From NCBI GenBank assembly GCA_963695545.1, contig OY968796.1, positions 1,920,001 through 1,984,000 on the forward strand: a stretch of 64,000 bases of DNA, in the 5' to 3' direction. Numbering within the stretch: the stretch's first letter is position 1; every line of letters starts with the position of its first letter. The stretch comes from Terriglobia bacterium. Its GTDB lineage: Bacteria; Acidobacteriota; Terriglobia; Acidiferrales; UBA7541. This document shows, in pieces, positions 53,054 to 63,222 of the stretch. The notes beneath the pieces are model-generated. The model was not told the DNA's origin. It saw only the letters and a program-made list of their open reading frames with translations, and did not search any database. The position numbers and the translations under genes are program-made.

Positions 53054-53530
53054 TCAATATTCGATGCGGCCGAGTTGGTCGCGCCAGGCGCGAAACGCCG
53101 CCAGCGCATCCTCCCTCATGATGGGCGTCATAGGGATTTTGCGATGGCTGGGCTCGCGGCGCAACTCCTCATAGATGAAGCTGTCGTCGAAGCCGGCCTC
53201 AGCGGCATCCTGGGCGGTGGCGCCGAAAAAAACGCGGTCAGGCCGCGCCCAGTAGATCGCGCCAAGGCACATCGGGCAGGGCTCGCAACTCGTGTAGAGT
53301 TCGCAGGCGGAAAGTTGAAAAGTGCCGAGCGCGCGGCAGGCTTCGCGAATGGCGAGGACTTCCGCGTGCGCCGAAGGATCGTTGGTCTGCGTGACGCGAT
53401 TGACGCCTTCGGCGATGATGCGGCCGTCCTTGACGACCACCGCGCCGAACGGGCCGCCCGCGCCAGATTTCACGTTCTCGATGGCCAAGGCGATGGCGCG
53501 TTGCATGAATGGGCTGGGCACGCTCGGCAT
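53054..53530 (-). CDS. guaD: Guanine deaminase (cytidine-deaminase fold)
   Basis: GGPFGAV, DPSAHAEV, SCEPCPMCLGAIYWAR and AGFDD. Confidence 0.9.
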   Translation of the reverse strand: MPSVPSPFMQRAIALAIENVKSGAGGPFGAVVVKDGRIIAEGVNRVTQTNDPSAHAEVLAIREACRALGTFQLSACELYTSCEPCPMCLGAIYWARPDRVFFGATAQDAAEAGFDDSFIYEELRREPSHRKIPMTPIMREDALAAFRAWRDQLGRIEY

Positions 53531-53636
53531 GAGTGATCCTTTTCGGAACGGTCTAAGCTCAGAATTGTAGCGAACCCTCGCGTGCGGCACGCCATTTTCT
53601 TGGCTAGCGACGCATAGTTGATACAATTGCCCTCCG

Positions 53637-54884
53637 ATGAGCCTGACCGCGCTATTCGCGTTGCTGGGCGGCCTGCTGGTTCTGGCGTTCGTGGCCAACC
53701 GTTTGTTCCAGTGGACGCGCGTTCCAGACGTGGTCGTGCTGATGATGACGGGGCTTTTGATCGGCCCGGTGCTCGGCTGGGTGCACGCGGGGCCGTTTGA
53801 AGGCGTGGCGCGCGCGTTCGGTTCGCTCGCGCTGATACTGATTCTGTTTGAGGCGGGGCTTGATCTGGATTTGCGGCGCACGCTGCGGCATTTTCCGGGC
53901 GGCCTGCTGCTGGGATTTTTCACCTACGCACTGACGACGCTGGCGGTCGGTGGAATCGTCTGGCGAAATCTCGGATTGCCGCTGCGCGACGCCATGGCCG
54001 TCGGCGCGATCATGGGATGCACGAGCAGCACGATCGTGCTTCCGATTCTCCAACAGTGGAAGGCGCGCGAACCGGTGCGCGTGACGTTGCTGGTGGAATC
54101 GACGCTCGGCGATATTCTGGGCGTGCTCACGACGCAGTTTCTGCTCGATTTCGATCCTTCACAAGGCTCCGCGGTCGGCGGGTTGGCTTCGAAGCTGGCC
54201 TTGCAGGTCGCGATCTCTCTGGCTGCCGCGCTCGTGATTGGATTCTTGTGGTCGAAGTTGCTGCCATTTCTTTCCGAGCAGCGATTTTGGCAGGTGCTGA
54301 CGTTTTCGATGGTGCTGCTGCTTTACGCGGGAACCGAGGCGCTGAAGGGCAGCGGTTTGCTTGCCGTGCTCGGATTTGGCCTCGCGCTTTCCAATTTGCC
54401 GGGCGCGCGTCCGGAAATGGCGGCGATGTTCCAGTGGGCCACGCCGCAGGCGGCTAAGCACGAGCGGATCTTGAGCTTTCATTCGGAGCTGTCATTTCTC
54501 GTGCGAACTTTCTTTTTCGTGATGATCGGAGTGGTGGTGAAGTTGGGCGGGCTGCGCGCAATCTGGTTGTTGCTGCTCGGCGTGATGGGCGCGATTTGGC
54601 TGGCGCGCTGGATCGGCGTGCAATTGACGTCGTGGTCGTGGCGCGAATGCACGCCGCAAGATCTCAAGGTTGTGCTGTGGATGCTGCCGCGCGGCTTGAT
54701 CACCATCGTCTTGGCGCTGGCGGTGGTTGAAGCACGCGGAAGCGCGATGTCGTTTGTGCCGGCGCTGTCGTTCGCCGTGGTCTTGCTCACGAACTTGCTG
54801 GTGCTTGTTGGCGGAATCGACGCCGCGCGCGCCGTGCCGTCTCCTGCGCCCGCTGAAATTGACGTCCTCGCCGCCAGTGAGTGA
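53637..54884 (+). CDS. Cation:proton antiporter (CPA1/NhaP-like)
   Basis: Multi-TM protein with ILFEAG, VESTLGD and PRGL. Confidence 0.85.
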   Translation: MSLTALFALLGGLLVLAFVANRLFQWTRVPDVVVLMMTGLLIGPVLGWVHAGPFEGVARAFGSLALILILFEAGLDLDLRRTLRHFPGGLLLGFFTYALTTLAVGGIVWRNLGLPLRDAMAVGAIMGCTSSTIVLPILQQWKAREPVRVTLLVESTLGDILGVLTTQFLLDFDPSQGSAVGGLASKLALQVAISLAAALVIGFLWSKLLPFLSEQRFWQVLTFSMVLLLYAGTEALKGSGLLAVLGFGLALSNLPGARPEMAAMFQWATPQAAKHERILSFHSELSFLVRTFFFVMIGVVVKLGGLRAIWLLLLGVMGAIWLARWIGVQLTSWSWRECTPQDLKVVLWMLPRGLITIVLALAVVEARGSAMSFVPALSFAVVLLTNLLVLVGGIDAARAVPSPAPAEIDVLAASE

Positions 54885-55020
54885 GAAACCCTGGCGTGCG
54901 ATCAGGCGTCCTGAATGGGTGGGCGCAATGCGGTATCCTAGGCCTTGGCGGGCGAGTCTGGCGAGCGATCCCGCTGTCAAGCCAGACCGGTGAACTGCGA
55001 AGGGGAATTGAAGGACACAA

Positions 55021-56064
55021 ATGGTGAACGCGATGAATTTGAAAAAACGGCCGCTGGGTTCGAGCGGCATCGAGATTTCGACCGTGGGCTTTGGCGCCTG
55101 GGCGGCTGGCGGCGGGGGCTGGATTTTTTCGTGGGGGCCGCAGGACGACGCGGAATCCGTGGCCGCGATCCGGCGCGCGGTCGACTACGGCGTAAATTGG
55201 ATCGACACCGCGGCGGTGTACGGCATCGGTCATTCCGAAGAAGTGGTGGGCCGCGCGCTGCGCGAGATTCCCGTGGCGCAGCGCCCGCTGGTCTTCACAA
55301 AATGCGGCGTGCTGACCAATCCCGCAGATCCCTACGGTCCCGTGACGCGCACGATACGCCCCGATTCGATTCGGCGCGAGATCGAACTGTCGCTTAAGCG
55401 CCTCGGCGTCGATCGGATCGACCTCTATCAATTTCACTGGCCGGACGCGACGGGAGTGCCGGTGGAAGATTCCTGGGGCGAGATGGTGCGCCTGATCGAA
55501 GAAGGAAAAGTTCGCGCCGGGGGCGTATCGAATTTCGACGTGGCTCTACTCGAGCGTTGCGAGCGCATTCGCCACGTTGATTCGCTGCAGCCGCCGTTTT
55601 CCTTGATTCGGCGTCAGGCGGCCGCGGACGTGATTCCGTGGTGCGCGGCGCATGGCACCGGCGTGATCGTCTACAGCCCGATGCAATCCGGCCTGCTGAC
55701 CGATTCGTTCGCGGCCGAACGCATCTCGAAGCTGGGCGAAGACGATTGGCGGCGGCGCAACGCGGAGTTCCAGGAGCCGAATCTCGGCCGCAACCTCGCG
55801 CTGCGCGACGCGCTGCGGCCCATCGCCGCGCGGCACGGCGTGAGCGTTTCAGCCGTCTCGACGGCGTGGACGCTCAGTTGGCGCGGCGTCACCGGAGCGA
55901 TCGTCGGCGCGCGATCCGCCGAGCAAGTCGATGGCTGGATCGCCGCGGGGGCGCTCGACCTCACGCCGCAGGATCTTGACGAGATCGCGCGCGCCGTCCA
56001 GGCGACCGGGGCTGGCGACGGTCCCGCTCGGCCAGAGCAGGCCGGGGCCCGGGCCGGAGGTTAA
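55021..56064 (+). CDS. Aldo/keto reductase
   Basis: GFGAW, IDTAAVYG, TKCG, DLYQFHWPD, GVSNF and YSPMQSGLL; start 55021 or 55033. Confidence 0.93.
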   Translation: MVNAMNLKKRPLGSSGIEISTVGFGAWAAGGGGWIFSWGPQDDAESVAAIRRAVDYGVNWIDTAAVYGIGHSEEVVGRALREIPVAQRPLVFTKCGVLTNPADPYGPVTRTIRPDSIRREIELSLKRLGVDRIDLYQFHWPDATGVPVEDSWGEMVRLIEEGKVRAGGVSNFDVALLERCERIRHVDSLQPPFSLIRRQAAADVIPWCAAHGTGVIVYSPMQSGLLTDSFAAERISKLGEDDWRRRNAEFQEPNLGRNLALRDALRPIAARHGVSVSAVSTAWTLSWRGVTGAIVGARSAEQVDGWIAAGALDLTPQDLDEIARAVQATGAGDGPARPEQAGARAGG

Positions 56065-56177
56065 CTGCGCTGGATTATCTGGATTTGATATAGGATCAGG
56101 CGAATCGGAAACCGTCCCTGGGAACTCGATACCTCACTCTGGGAACCTGAGATTTCATGTCGTGAGAGGAGAGTCCA

Positions 56178-56576
56178 ATGGCATCAACGAATCGCTTGGT
56201 ACCGCTTGTGGCCAGGATCTTGATGGCCGTTCCGTTTCTAGTGTTCGGATTTCTGAAACTCAAGGGTTTTCATGGCAGTGTGACCTACCTTGCGGCCCTG
56301 AAAGTTCCTATGAGCACGGTCGCGGCCGTGATCGTGATCATTATCGAATTGTTGGGCGGCCTTTGCCTGGTGCTCGGCTTTAAGACGCGATTCTGGGCCT
56401 GGGTGATGTTTCTCTATTTGATTCCCGTCACGTTCCTGGCCCACAATTTCTGGGCGTTCACGGGTGCGGCGCGCTCGGACAACGAGGCCCAATTCGTGAA
56501 AAACATCGCGATCATGGGCGGATTGTTGATGCTGGCGGCGTTCGGTCCGGGTTCGCTGAGCATCGATAAGGCCTGA
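56178..56576 (+). CDS. DoxX family membrane protein
   Basis: ARILM, ELLGG, HNFW and KNIAIMGGLL...GPG.LSID. Confidence 0.9.
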   Translation: MASTNRLVPLVARILMAVPFLVFGFLKLKGFHGSVTYLAALKVPMSTVAAVIVIIIELLGGLCLVLGFKTRFWAWVMFLYLIPVTFLAHNFWAFTGAARSDNEAQFVKNIAIMGGLLMLAAFGPGSLSIDKA

Positions 56577-56618
56577 AGATAAAGATCTCACTCGGCTAAA
56601 TGGGGGCGCGCGGCGACT

Positions 56619-57668
56619 CTAGTAGCCGGCCTCGCCGTGCGCTCTCGCATCCACTTTTCCAGCGAACCTGCGATACGCGTGCACCGTGTATGCGGTCGCG
56701 AGCGCCATCCCGATGAACCACCAAATAAGTCCAATCCGCAGTCCATACTCCGGAGCCATCGCATTGTGAACAGTGAGGCCGAAGGCTGGGTCAGTTGATG
56801 CCGGCAGGACGTAGGGATACAGGCTGAACGCCGCGCTGGTCAACATGCCGAGCAGGTAGGCGCAGGAGCCGAAGAAAGCGTTGCGTTCCGCGCCGCGATA
56901 CGAAAACCACGCGATTCCCGCGAGGCCTAAAATCGCAAGAGCGGGGAATACCGCGCCCCAAGCGTGCCCGGAGAAATGCGTCGCCAAGCTGGGTTGCACA
57001 CGGAAGCTCGCTGCGGTAATCGCCGCCGTGAGCGCGGCGACGAGCCACACCGCGCGGCTCGCCAGGCGCCGCGCGCGCACGGACACATCTCCATCGGTCT
57101 TGAGCGCGACCCACAGCGCGCCATGCAACGTCAGCGCCGCAAGTGCCGTCAGGCCGACCAGAATCGTGTACCAATCGAGAACGCCCGCGTCCGGGCCGGG
57201 GCGGAAATTCGTCCACAGCGCCTCGAAAAATCGGCCGTTCGCGTCGAGCGGCACTCCGCGCACAACGTTGCCCAGCGCCGCGCCGAAGAAAACCGCCAAC
57301 AGCAGACTCGCCAGCGCGAAAACCGCGTCCCAGAACGGCGCCCACACGGCGCCGGTCACGTGACTGCGAAATTCCACCGCGACGCCGCGCAGCGTCAAGA
57401 GCCAGAGCACGATCATCAGCGGCAAATAAAAACCGCTGAAGCTTGAGGCGTACAGCGCGGGGAACGCGAAATACAACGTGCCTCCCGCGGCGATCAGCCA
57501 GACTTCGTTGCCGTCCCACACGGGACCGATCGAGCCGAGCACGGAGCGGCGCTCGGAATCCGTGCGCGCCACCAACAGATGCACGATGCCCGCGCCCAGA
57601 TCGAAGCCGTCGAGCACCACGTAGACGGCGAGCATTAGTGCGACCAAGCAGAACCAGAGTGTCTCCAT
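56619..57668 (-). CDS. cydB: Cytochrome bd ubiquinol oxidase subunit II
   Basis: LDGFDLGAG, GPVWDGNEVWL and RGVAVEFR. Confidence 0.96.
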   Translation of the reverse strand: METLWFCLVALMLAVYVVLDGFDLGAGIVHLLVARTDSERRSVLGSIGPVWDGNEVWLIAAGGTLYFAFPALYASSFSGFYLPLMIVLWLLTLRGVAVEFRSHVTGAVWAPFWDAVFALASLLLAVFFGAALGNVVRGVPLDANGRFFEALWTNFRPGPDAGVLDWYTILVGLTALAALTLHGALWVALKTDGDVSVRARRLASRAVWLVAALTAAITAASFRVQPSLATHFSGHAWGAVFPALAILGLAGIAWFSYRGAERNAFFGSCAYLLGMLTSAAFSLYPYVLPASTDPAFGLTVHNAMAPEYGLRIGLIWWFIGMALATAYTVHAYRRFAGKVDARAHGEAGY

Positions 57669-57680
57669 CGCGTCTCGTCC

Positions 57681-59027
57681 TCAGGCCGCTACCGGCGCGC
57701 CTTCGTCGTCGCCGGGCCCGCGCTCGATTTCGATGTACACCAGGAAGAGAAACAGAATCGCGAGCACGGTATACAATCCAAAAAATCCCAGCAACGTGAA
57801 CCACGCGTCGCCCGCGGGCACTTGCGGCGACATACCTTTCTGCGTGCGCATCAAGCCGTAGATCAGCCAAGGTTGCCGCGCCGATTCGGCGGTGATCCAG
57901 CCGGCCGTATTGGCGATGAAGGGCAGCGGCAACGAAAGCATCAGAATCCACAACATGGCGCGCGAGTCGTAAAGTTTTCCGCGCAACAATTGCAAAGCCG
58001 CCAGAAGCTGGATGGCGATGAAGATCGTGCCCAAGCCAACCATGATGTGATAGCTGAAATAGACCAGCGGAATCTCATCGGGCCATTCGTCGGCGCTGAA
58101 GCTATCGAGGCCGCGCACCTCGGCGGCCCAGTTGCGATACGTCAGAAAGCTCAGCATCCGCGGAATTACGAGCGGGTTGTCCAGCGTGCGCTTGTTTACG
58201 TCCGGCTGGCCGAGAATCGCAATCGGGGCGCCGCGCTCGCTGTGGAACAATCCCTCCATCGCGGCGAGCGACGCCGGTTGGTACTCGGCGACCATTCGGC
58301 CCTGCCCATCGCCGGTGGGCCAGAGTTGCAGCGCGGCCGCGCACACGCCGACGATCACCGCCGTGCGCAGAAACAGTTGCGCGGACGCGCGATGGCGATC
58401 AGAGAGCAAATAAAACGCGCCGACGGCGGCCATCGTGAAGCAGCCGGTTTGCACCGCGCCCAACATGGTGTGCGCGTATTGCCAGAGCGCCCAGCGATTC
58501 AGCAGCAGCGCCCAGAAGCTGGCGAGTCCCATGCTGCCATCGGGACCGATCGAGTAGCCGACCGGATGCTGCATCCACGCGTCGGTGGCCACGATCAAAT
58601 ATCCGGAAAGCCACGAACCCAGAAACATCGCGAGCGCCGCGAGCCAGTGGCCGCGCGGCCCCAGCCGCTTTTCGCCGAACAGAAACAATCCAAGAAAACT
58701 CGACTCGAGAAAAAACGAAAACACTCCCTCCATCGCGAGCGTCTGGCCGATCACGGCGCCGGCCGTCTTTGAAAATTCGGCCCAGTTCGTGCCGAATTGA
58801 AATTCCATCGGAATGCCGGTGACCACGCCGAGCGCGAAACTGATTCCGAAAATTTTCGCCCAAAAGCGCGCCGCGCGATCCCATCTCGGATCACCCGTGC
58901 GCAGCGCAATCGACTTCATCACCAGGATCAGCAGCGCCAGGCCCATGGTGAGCTGCGGAAAAATGTAATGGAACGTGACGGTGAAGGCGAACTGCAGGCG
59001 ATCGACCGTAAGAGCGTTTTCGAGCAT
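57681..59027 (-). CDS. cydA: Cytochrome bd ubiquinol oxidase subunit I
   Basis: QFAFTVTFHYIF, GVVTG.PMEFQFGTNW, AWMQHP, HIMVG and RQPW. Confidence 0.96.
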   Translation of the reverse strand: MLENALTVDRLQFAFTVTFHYIFPQLTMGLALLILVMKSIALRTGDPRWDRAARFWAKIFGISFALGVVTGIPMEFQFGTNWAEFSKTAGAVIGQTLAMEGVFSFFLESSFLGLFLFGEKRLGPRGHWLAALAMFLGSWLSGYLIVATDAWMQHPVGYSIGPDGSMGLASFWALLLNRWALWQYAHTMLGAVQTGCFTMAAVGAFYLLSDRHRASAQLFLRTAVIVGVCAAALQLWPTGDGQGRMVAEYQPASLAAMEGLFHSERGAPIAILGQPDVNKRTLDNPLVIPRMLSFLTYRNWAAEVRGLDSFSADEWPDEIPLVYFSYHIMVGLGTIFIAIQLLAALQLLRGKLYDSRAMLWILMLSLPLPFIANTAGWITAESARQPWLIYGLMRTQKGMSPQVPAGDAWFTLLGFFGLYTVLAILFLFLVYIEIERGPGDDEGAPVAA

Positions 59028-59178
59028 CTAGCGCCTTTCCCGAAATGGTGGCGCGTCGCTCATCCGGCTTCAATGCTCCGAAACATTCGTGGTGGGCGTG
59101 CTGGGATTCGGACCTCGAAATATAACATTTCCATGCGTCACTCCACACATCTAGCCCGGCACTCGAGTCCGCGCCGTG

Positions 59179-60342
59179 TTACACAGCTCGCCCCGCCGCG
59201 GCGCCCGAGGCCCAGGCCCATTGGAAGTTGTGACCGCCGAGGTGACCGGTGACGTCGACGACCTCGCCAATAAAAAATAGTCCCGGCACCCGGCGACTTT
59301 CCATCGTCTTGCTCGATAGTTCGTCGGTATCCACACCGCCCACGGTTACCTCAGCTTTGTCGTAGCCTTCCGTGTCCGCGGGTATCAGAGTCCATTCGTG
59401 CGACTGCCGCTCAAGTTCCGCCAACGCTTGGTTTGTCCAGTCGGATGGCGTATGCAAATCCAGCCAACGCGAGGCGAAACGCTTCGGCAGAAGTCGTTGG
59501 AACGCGCTGCGGGCGGCTGCCATATCCCGAATCTTGGCGTCGCGAATCGCAGCCGTCACATCTCGATCGGGTGCTAGGTCAATTAGGATCGGCTCGCCTT
59601 TGTTCCAATAGGACGAGATCTGAAGGATCGCCGGCCCGCTCACCCCGCGATGAGTAATCAGCATTTTTTCTTTGAACGAGTGATGGCCTGCAGCGACGAC
59701 CACTTCCGCCGACACGCCAGTTAGATCGCAATATTGGGTTTGCTCTTTCGATGCCAACACAAGCGGCACAAGCGCGGGTCGCGTGTCGCGAATTTTCAGC
59801 CCGAATTGGCGGGCAAGGTCGTAGCCGAAAGCAGTAGCGCCCATCTTCGGGATCGAGAGCCCGCCGGTCGCGACCACGAGCGTAGGCGCGTGAAACTCCT
59901 CCAGCTCCGTTCGCACCACGAACTCTGTCGAGCGCCGCACCTCGCCGATTCGGCGATTGACGAATGTTTCCACTCCTGCGCCCTTACACTCGGATTCGAG
60001 CATGTCCGTGATGTCGCTTGCCGAGCGGTCGCAGAAGAGCTGCCCCAGGGCTTTTTCGTGGTAGGGGATGCGATGTTTTTCGACGAGCGCGATGAAATCT
60101 GAAGGTGTGTATCGAGCCAGAGCGGATTTCGCAAAGTGCGGGTTCGCCGAGATGAAATTATCCGGCTGGCAATTGGTGTTCGTGAAGTTGCAGCGTCCTC
60201 CGCCCGATATCAGGATTTTTTTGCCGGCACGCTCGGCACGCTCAATGATCGCGACGCGGCGCCCGCGCTTACCTGCCTCGGCCGCGCACATAAGTCCCGC
60301 AGCCCCGGCACCGAGAATTAAGACGTCGAATCTGCGGCTCAC
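59179..60342 (-). CDS. HI0933/YhiN-family flavoprotein
   Basis: GAGAAG, GKKILISGGGRCNFTN, ATGGLS.P, THRGVSGP and GEVVDVTG.LGG.NFQWAW; start 60342 (GTG) or 60366. Confidence 0.93.
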   Translation of the reverse strand: MSRRFDVLILGAGAAGLMCAAEAGKRGRRVAIIERAERAGKKILISGGGRCNFTNTNCQPDNFISANPHFAKSALARYTPSDFIALVEKHRIPYHEKALGQLFCDRSASDITDMLESECKGAGVETFVNRRIGEVRRSTEFVVRTELEEFHAPTLVVATGGLSIPKMGATAFGYDLARQFGLKIRDTRPALVPLVLASKEQTQYCDLTGVSAEVVVAAGHHSFKEKMLITHRGVSGPAILQISSYWNKGEPILIDLAPDRDVTAAIRDAKIRDMAAARSAFQRLLPKRFASRWLDLHTPSDWTNQALAELERQSHEWTLIPADTEGYDKAEVTVGGVDTDELSSKTMESRRVPGLFFIGEVVDVTGHLGGHNFQWAWASGAAAGRAV

Positions 60343-60410
60343 CCTAGCATTTTGCGTCGGTCGCATGAAACCGACAACCGACTGTTGGGCAGGTCCGTGG
60401 CGTGGAGGGT

Positions 60411-60487
<77 letters not shown>

Positions 60488-60703
60488 CACCTGTGCGACG
60501 GCTGATTTTACATCTCCGTGGCAGGATTGCGCGGAAGATACGAAACGCCCAGAAGCGTTCCGGTCATGTTCACACCTATCCGCGCGGCGCGCGATCGCGG
60601 GCTGCGTCGCCGCTACCTGACCAATCTTCCGGGCTCGATCCTAGCCACTTGGCGGATGTGGACGCCGGCGCGTCTGTGCGAATGTGTGCTTGGAGGAATG
60701 AAA

Positions 60704-61618
60704 ATGTCCAAAGAACTGATCGAGCTTTCAAACGCATTGGCGCAAGCCACCGAACGCGCTGCCGCGAGCGTCGTGGCTATCCACACAGAATCGCGCGGCT
60801 CTTCGAGCGGAATCGTGTGGCGCTCGGGCGTGATCGTGACGTCCGAACACGCGCTGCGCCGCGATGAAGAAATTCAGGTGACGCTTCCAAATGGCGGCGT
60901 GGCGCCGGCAACGTTGGCGGGCCGCGACGCCTCGACCGACATCGCGGTTTTGAAGTGCGCTGAGGCCAGCGGGCCTGTGCTGGAATTCGGCGACGCAGCC
61001 GCGCTCAAGCCGGGTTCTCTCACGCTCGTCGTGGGGCGTACGCGTGCTAGCGGCCCGGTGGCGGCGCTCGGAGTCGTAAGTCTGATTACGCCGGAACGCC
61101 GCGGTTGGACGGGAGCCTCGCTCGCGCCGTACATTCGGCTCGACGTCGGATTGCAACCCACCGCGGTCGGCGGCGCGGTGATCGACTCGCAGGGTAAAGT
61201 CGTCGGCCTGGCCACACCGCGCTTTGCGCGTTTCGGCGCGATTGCCGTTCCGGCCGCGGCCATAAACAAAATCGCCGGCACGCTTCTCGAAAAAGGACGC
61301 ATGCCGCGCGGCTATCTCGGCGTCGGCTTGCAGCCGGTGCGCTTGCCCGACGCACTTCGCGAAACTCTTAAGCGCAACGAGAAGGGCGCCGCGATCGTTC
61401 TCGAAGTTCATTCCGGCGGCCCGGCGGACAAGGCTGGCATGGTCATCGGCGATATTCTAGTCTCGATGGGTGGCCAAGCCGTCACGCGCCTCGAAGACGT
61501 TCAGTCGCACCTTGCCGCGGACGCGATCGGTAAATCTTTGGCGGTGAAATTTGTTCGTGGCGGCGCGCTCGAGGAACGCAGCATCGAGGTCGCCGAGCGT
61601 CCGCACGGGGGGGAATGA
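60704..61618 (+). CDS. HtrA/S1C-like protease-PDZ protein lacking the catalytic Ser
   Basis: SSGIVW, TSEH, TDIAV and RGYLGV PDZ start; 'PTAVGG' where GNSGG is expected; GGAGG RBS. Confidence 0.85.
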   Translation: MSKELIELSNALAQATERAAASVVAIHTESRGSSSGIVWRSGVIVTSEHALRRDEEIQVTLPNGGVAPATLAGRDASTDIAVLKCAEASGPVLEFGDAAALKPGSLTLVVGRTRASGPVAALGVVSLITPERRGWTGASLAPYIRLDVGLQPTAVGGAVIDSQGKVVGLATPRFARFGAIAVPAAAINKIAGTLLEKGRMPRGYLGVGLQPVRLPDALRETLKRNEKGAAIVLEVHSGGPADKAGMVIGDILVSMGGQAVTRLEDVQSHLAADAIGKSLAVKFVRGGALEERSIEVAERPHGGE

Positions 61619-61619
61619 A

Positions 61620-62516
61620 ATGGCGTTATCGGGTATCGGTGAAGTTGTCGGATTTGGCGAGATCGCCGAAAAACTTCGCCGCTCGACCGTAGTGGTTCGC
61701 GCTGGCAGCCGCGGCAGCGGCTCCGGCGTGATTTGGTCGAGCGACGGCCAGATCATCACCAATGCGCATGTCGCACGCGGTACGCGCGCTCGCGTTGAAA
61801 TTTGGGATGGGCGCGAGTTCGACGCGACGGTCACATCGCGCGATCCGCGGCGCGATCTCGCCGCGCTGCGCATCGACGCGACGAATCTTCCCTCCGCGCT
61901 CGCCGCCGATTCATCGCAAGTGCGCCCCGGCGAAATCGCAATCGCCATCGGCAACCCCTTGGGCTTCGTCGGCGCCCTCACCACTGGCGTGATTCATGCC
62001 GTCGGTCCGTTGCCCGGACTCGGCGCGCAATCGTGGGTGCAGGCCAATGTTCGCCTGGCTCCGGGCAATTCCGGCGGGCCGCTCGCCGACGCGCGCGGCC
62101 GCGTGATCGGAATCAACACCATGGTCGCTCGAAATCTCGCGCTCGCGATTCCGAGCAGCGTCGTGCGCGATTTTCTTTCCGCGGGCGCGTCTGACGCGTG
62201 GCTTGGCGTCACCGTTCATCCGGTGCAAATTCCTAAATCGAAGTCCGGCAGCGCGAGCGCGCACAGATTCGGCTTGGTTCTCCTCGAAGTCGAACCCGGC
62301 AGTCCCGCGTCCACCGCATCTCTTCTGCCGGGCGATATCTTGCTCGGCGCCGAAGAAAAAACCTTCGCGTCGCTCGGCGATCTTTCGCAGGCGCTTCACG
62401 GCACCGGCGCACGCACGTTGCGAATAGAGTTTCTCCGCGGAGATTACGCGCGAATTCGCCGCGTCACCGTTCAGCTCGGCGGCCAAAGCGCCATCGCGAG
62501 TTCCGTGGCCGCGTGA
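61620..62516 (+). CDS. HtrA/S1C-like serine protease with PDZ domain
   Basis: GSGVIW, TNAHV, RDLA, IGNPLG, PGNSGGPL and GINT. Confidence 0.9.
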   Translation: MALSGIGEVVGFGEIAEKLRRSTVVVRAGSRGSGSGVIWSSDGQIITNAHVARGTRARVEIWDGREFDATVTSRDPRRDLAALRIDATNLPSALAADSSQVRPGEIAIAIGNPLGFVGALTTGVIHAVGPLPGLGAQSWVQANVRLAPGNSGGPLADARGRVIGINTMVARNLALAIPSSVVRDFLSAGASDAWLGVTVHPVQIPKSKSGSASAHRFGLVLLEVEPGSPASTASLLPGDILLGAEEKTFASLGDLSQALHGTGARTLRIEFLRGDYARIRRVTVQLGGQSAIASSVAA

Positions 62517-63151
62517 TTCGCGTCTTCATCGTCGCCCCGTCGTCGCTCGCGCGAGCGGGTCTGCAAAGTCTCGTCGCCACGCGCGATGTGGAGGTCGTCG
62601 GCAGCGCTTCGAGCTTCGAGTCGCTTGCCGGTCAATGGATGGACGTTGACGCCGACGTCGTCCTCGTCGAGGCCTCCGGCCGGCAGTTTGATTCACTAAT
62701 GAATTCTCTCGCCGCGTCACAACTTGCATCCGAAACCGCGATCGCGATCCTCTCCGATCACCCCGAGCCAGGGTCACTCGCTCGCGCGCTGCGTGCCGGC
62801 GTTCGCGCGATTCTTCCCAGCGATATTTCGTCCGAACATCTCGTCGCCGCGCTCGAAGCCGCGGCAGCGGGGCTCGTCGTTATGCATCCAGTGGAAATCG
62901 CCGGCGCGTTTCCCGCAATCGAGCCCGCTTCGCGCCCGCTCGCGGAACTCGCCGAGCCACTTACGCCACGCGAAAGCGAAGTGCTGCAAATGCTCGCGAG
63001 CGGCCTGGGCAATAAGGAAATCGCCGCGCGCCTGGCGATCTCCGAGCACACTGTAAAATTCCACGTAGCTTCAATCCTCGGCAAACTCGGCGCCGGCACG
63101 CGAACCGAAGCCGTCTCCATCGGCATTCGCCGCGGCCTGGTTCTTCTTTGA
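62513..63151 (+). CDS. NarL/LuxR-family regulator with atypical receiver domain
   Basis: LTPRE.EVL..LA.GL.NKEIA..L.ISEHTVKFHV HTH; receiver lacks the acidic pocket; GTGA overlap. Confidence 0.9.
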   Translation: MIRVFIVAPSSLARAGLQSLVATRDVEVVGSASSFESLAGQWMDVDADVVLVEASGRQFDSLMNSLAASQLASETAIAILSDHPEPGSLARALRAGVRAILPSDISSEHLVAALEAAAAGLVVMHPVEIAGAFPAIEPASRPLAELAEPLTPRESEVLQMLASGLGNKEIAARLAISEHTVKFHVASILGKLGAGTRTEAVSIGIRRGLVLL

Positions 63152-63222
63152 TGCACTACAAAATTTGCGGGCCGATTGCCTGAAACGATTTCGCCGCCGC
63201 GTGAGTCATACTGATTGGCGTC

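Noticed and set aside
54885..55020. Possible sRNA or riboswitch before the aldo/keto reductase
   Set aside because: Only a modest GTCTGG/CCAGAC stem, expected by chance at this GC content; no recognisable aptamer
56118..56145. CTGGGAAC direct repeat upstream of the DoxX gene
   Set aside because: Two 8-mers could be ECF -35 or operator sites but are too short to support
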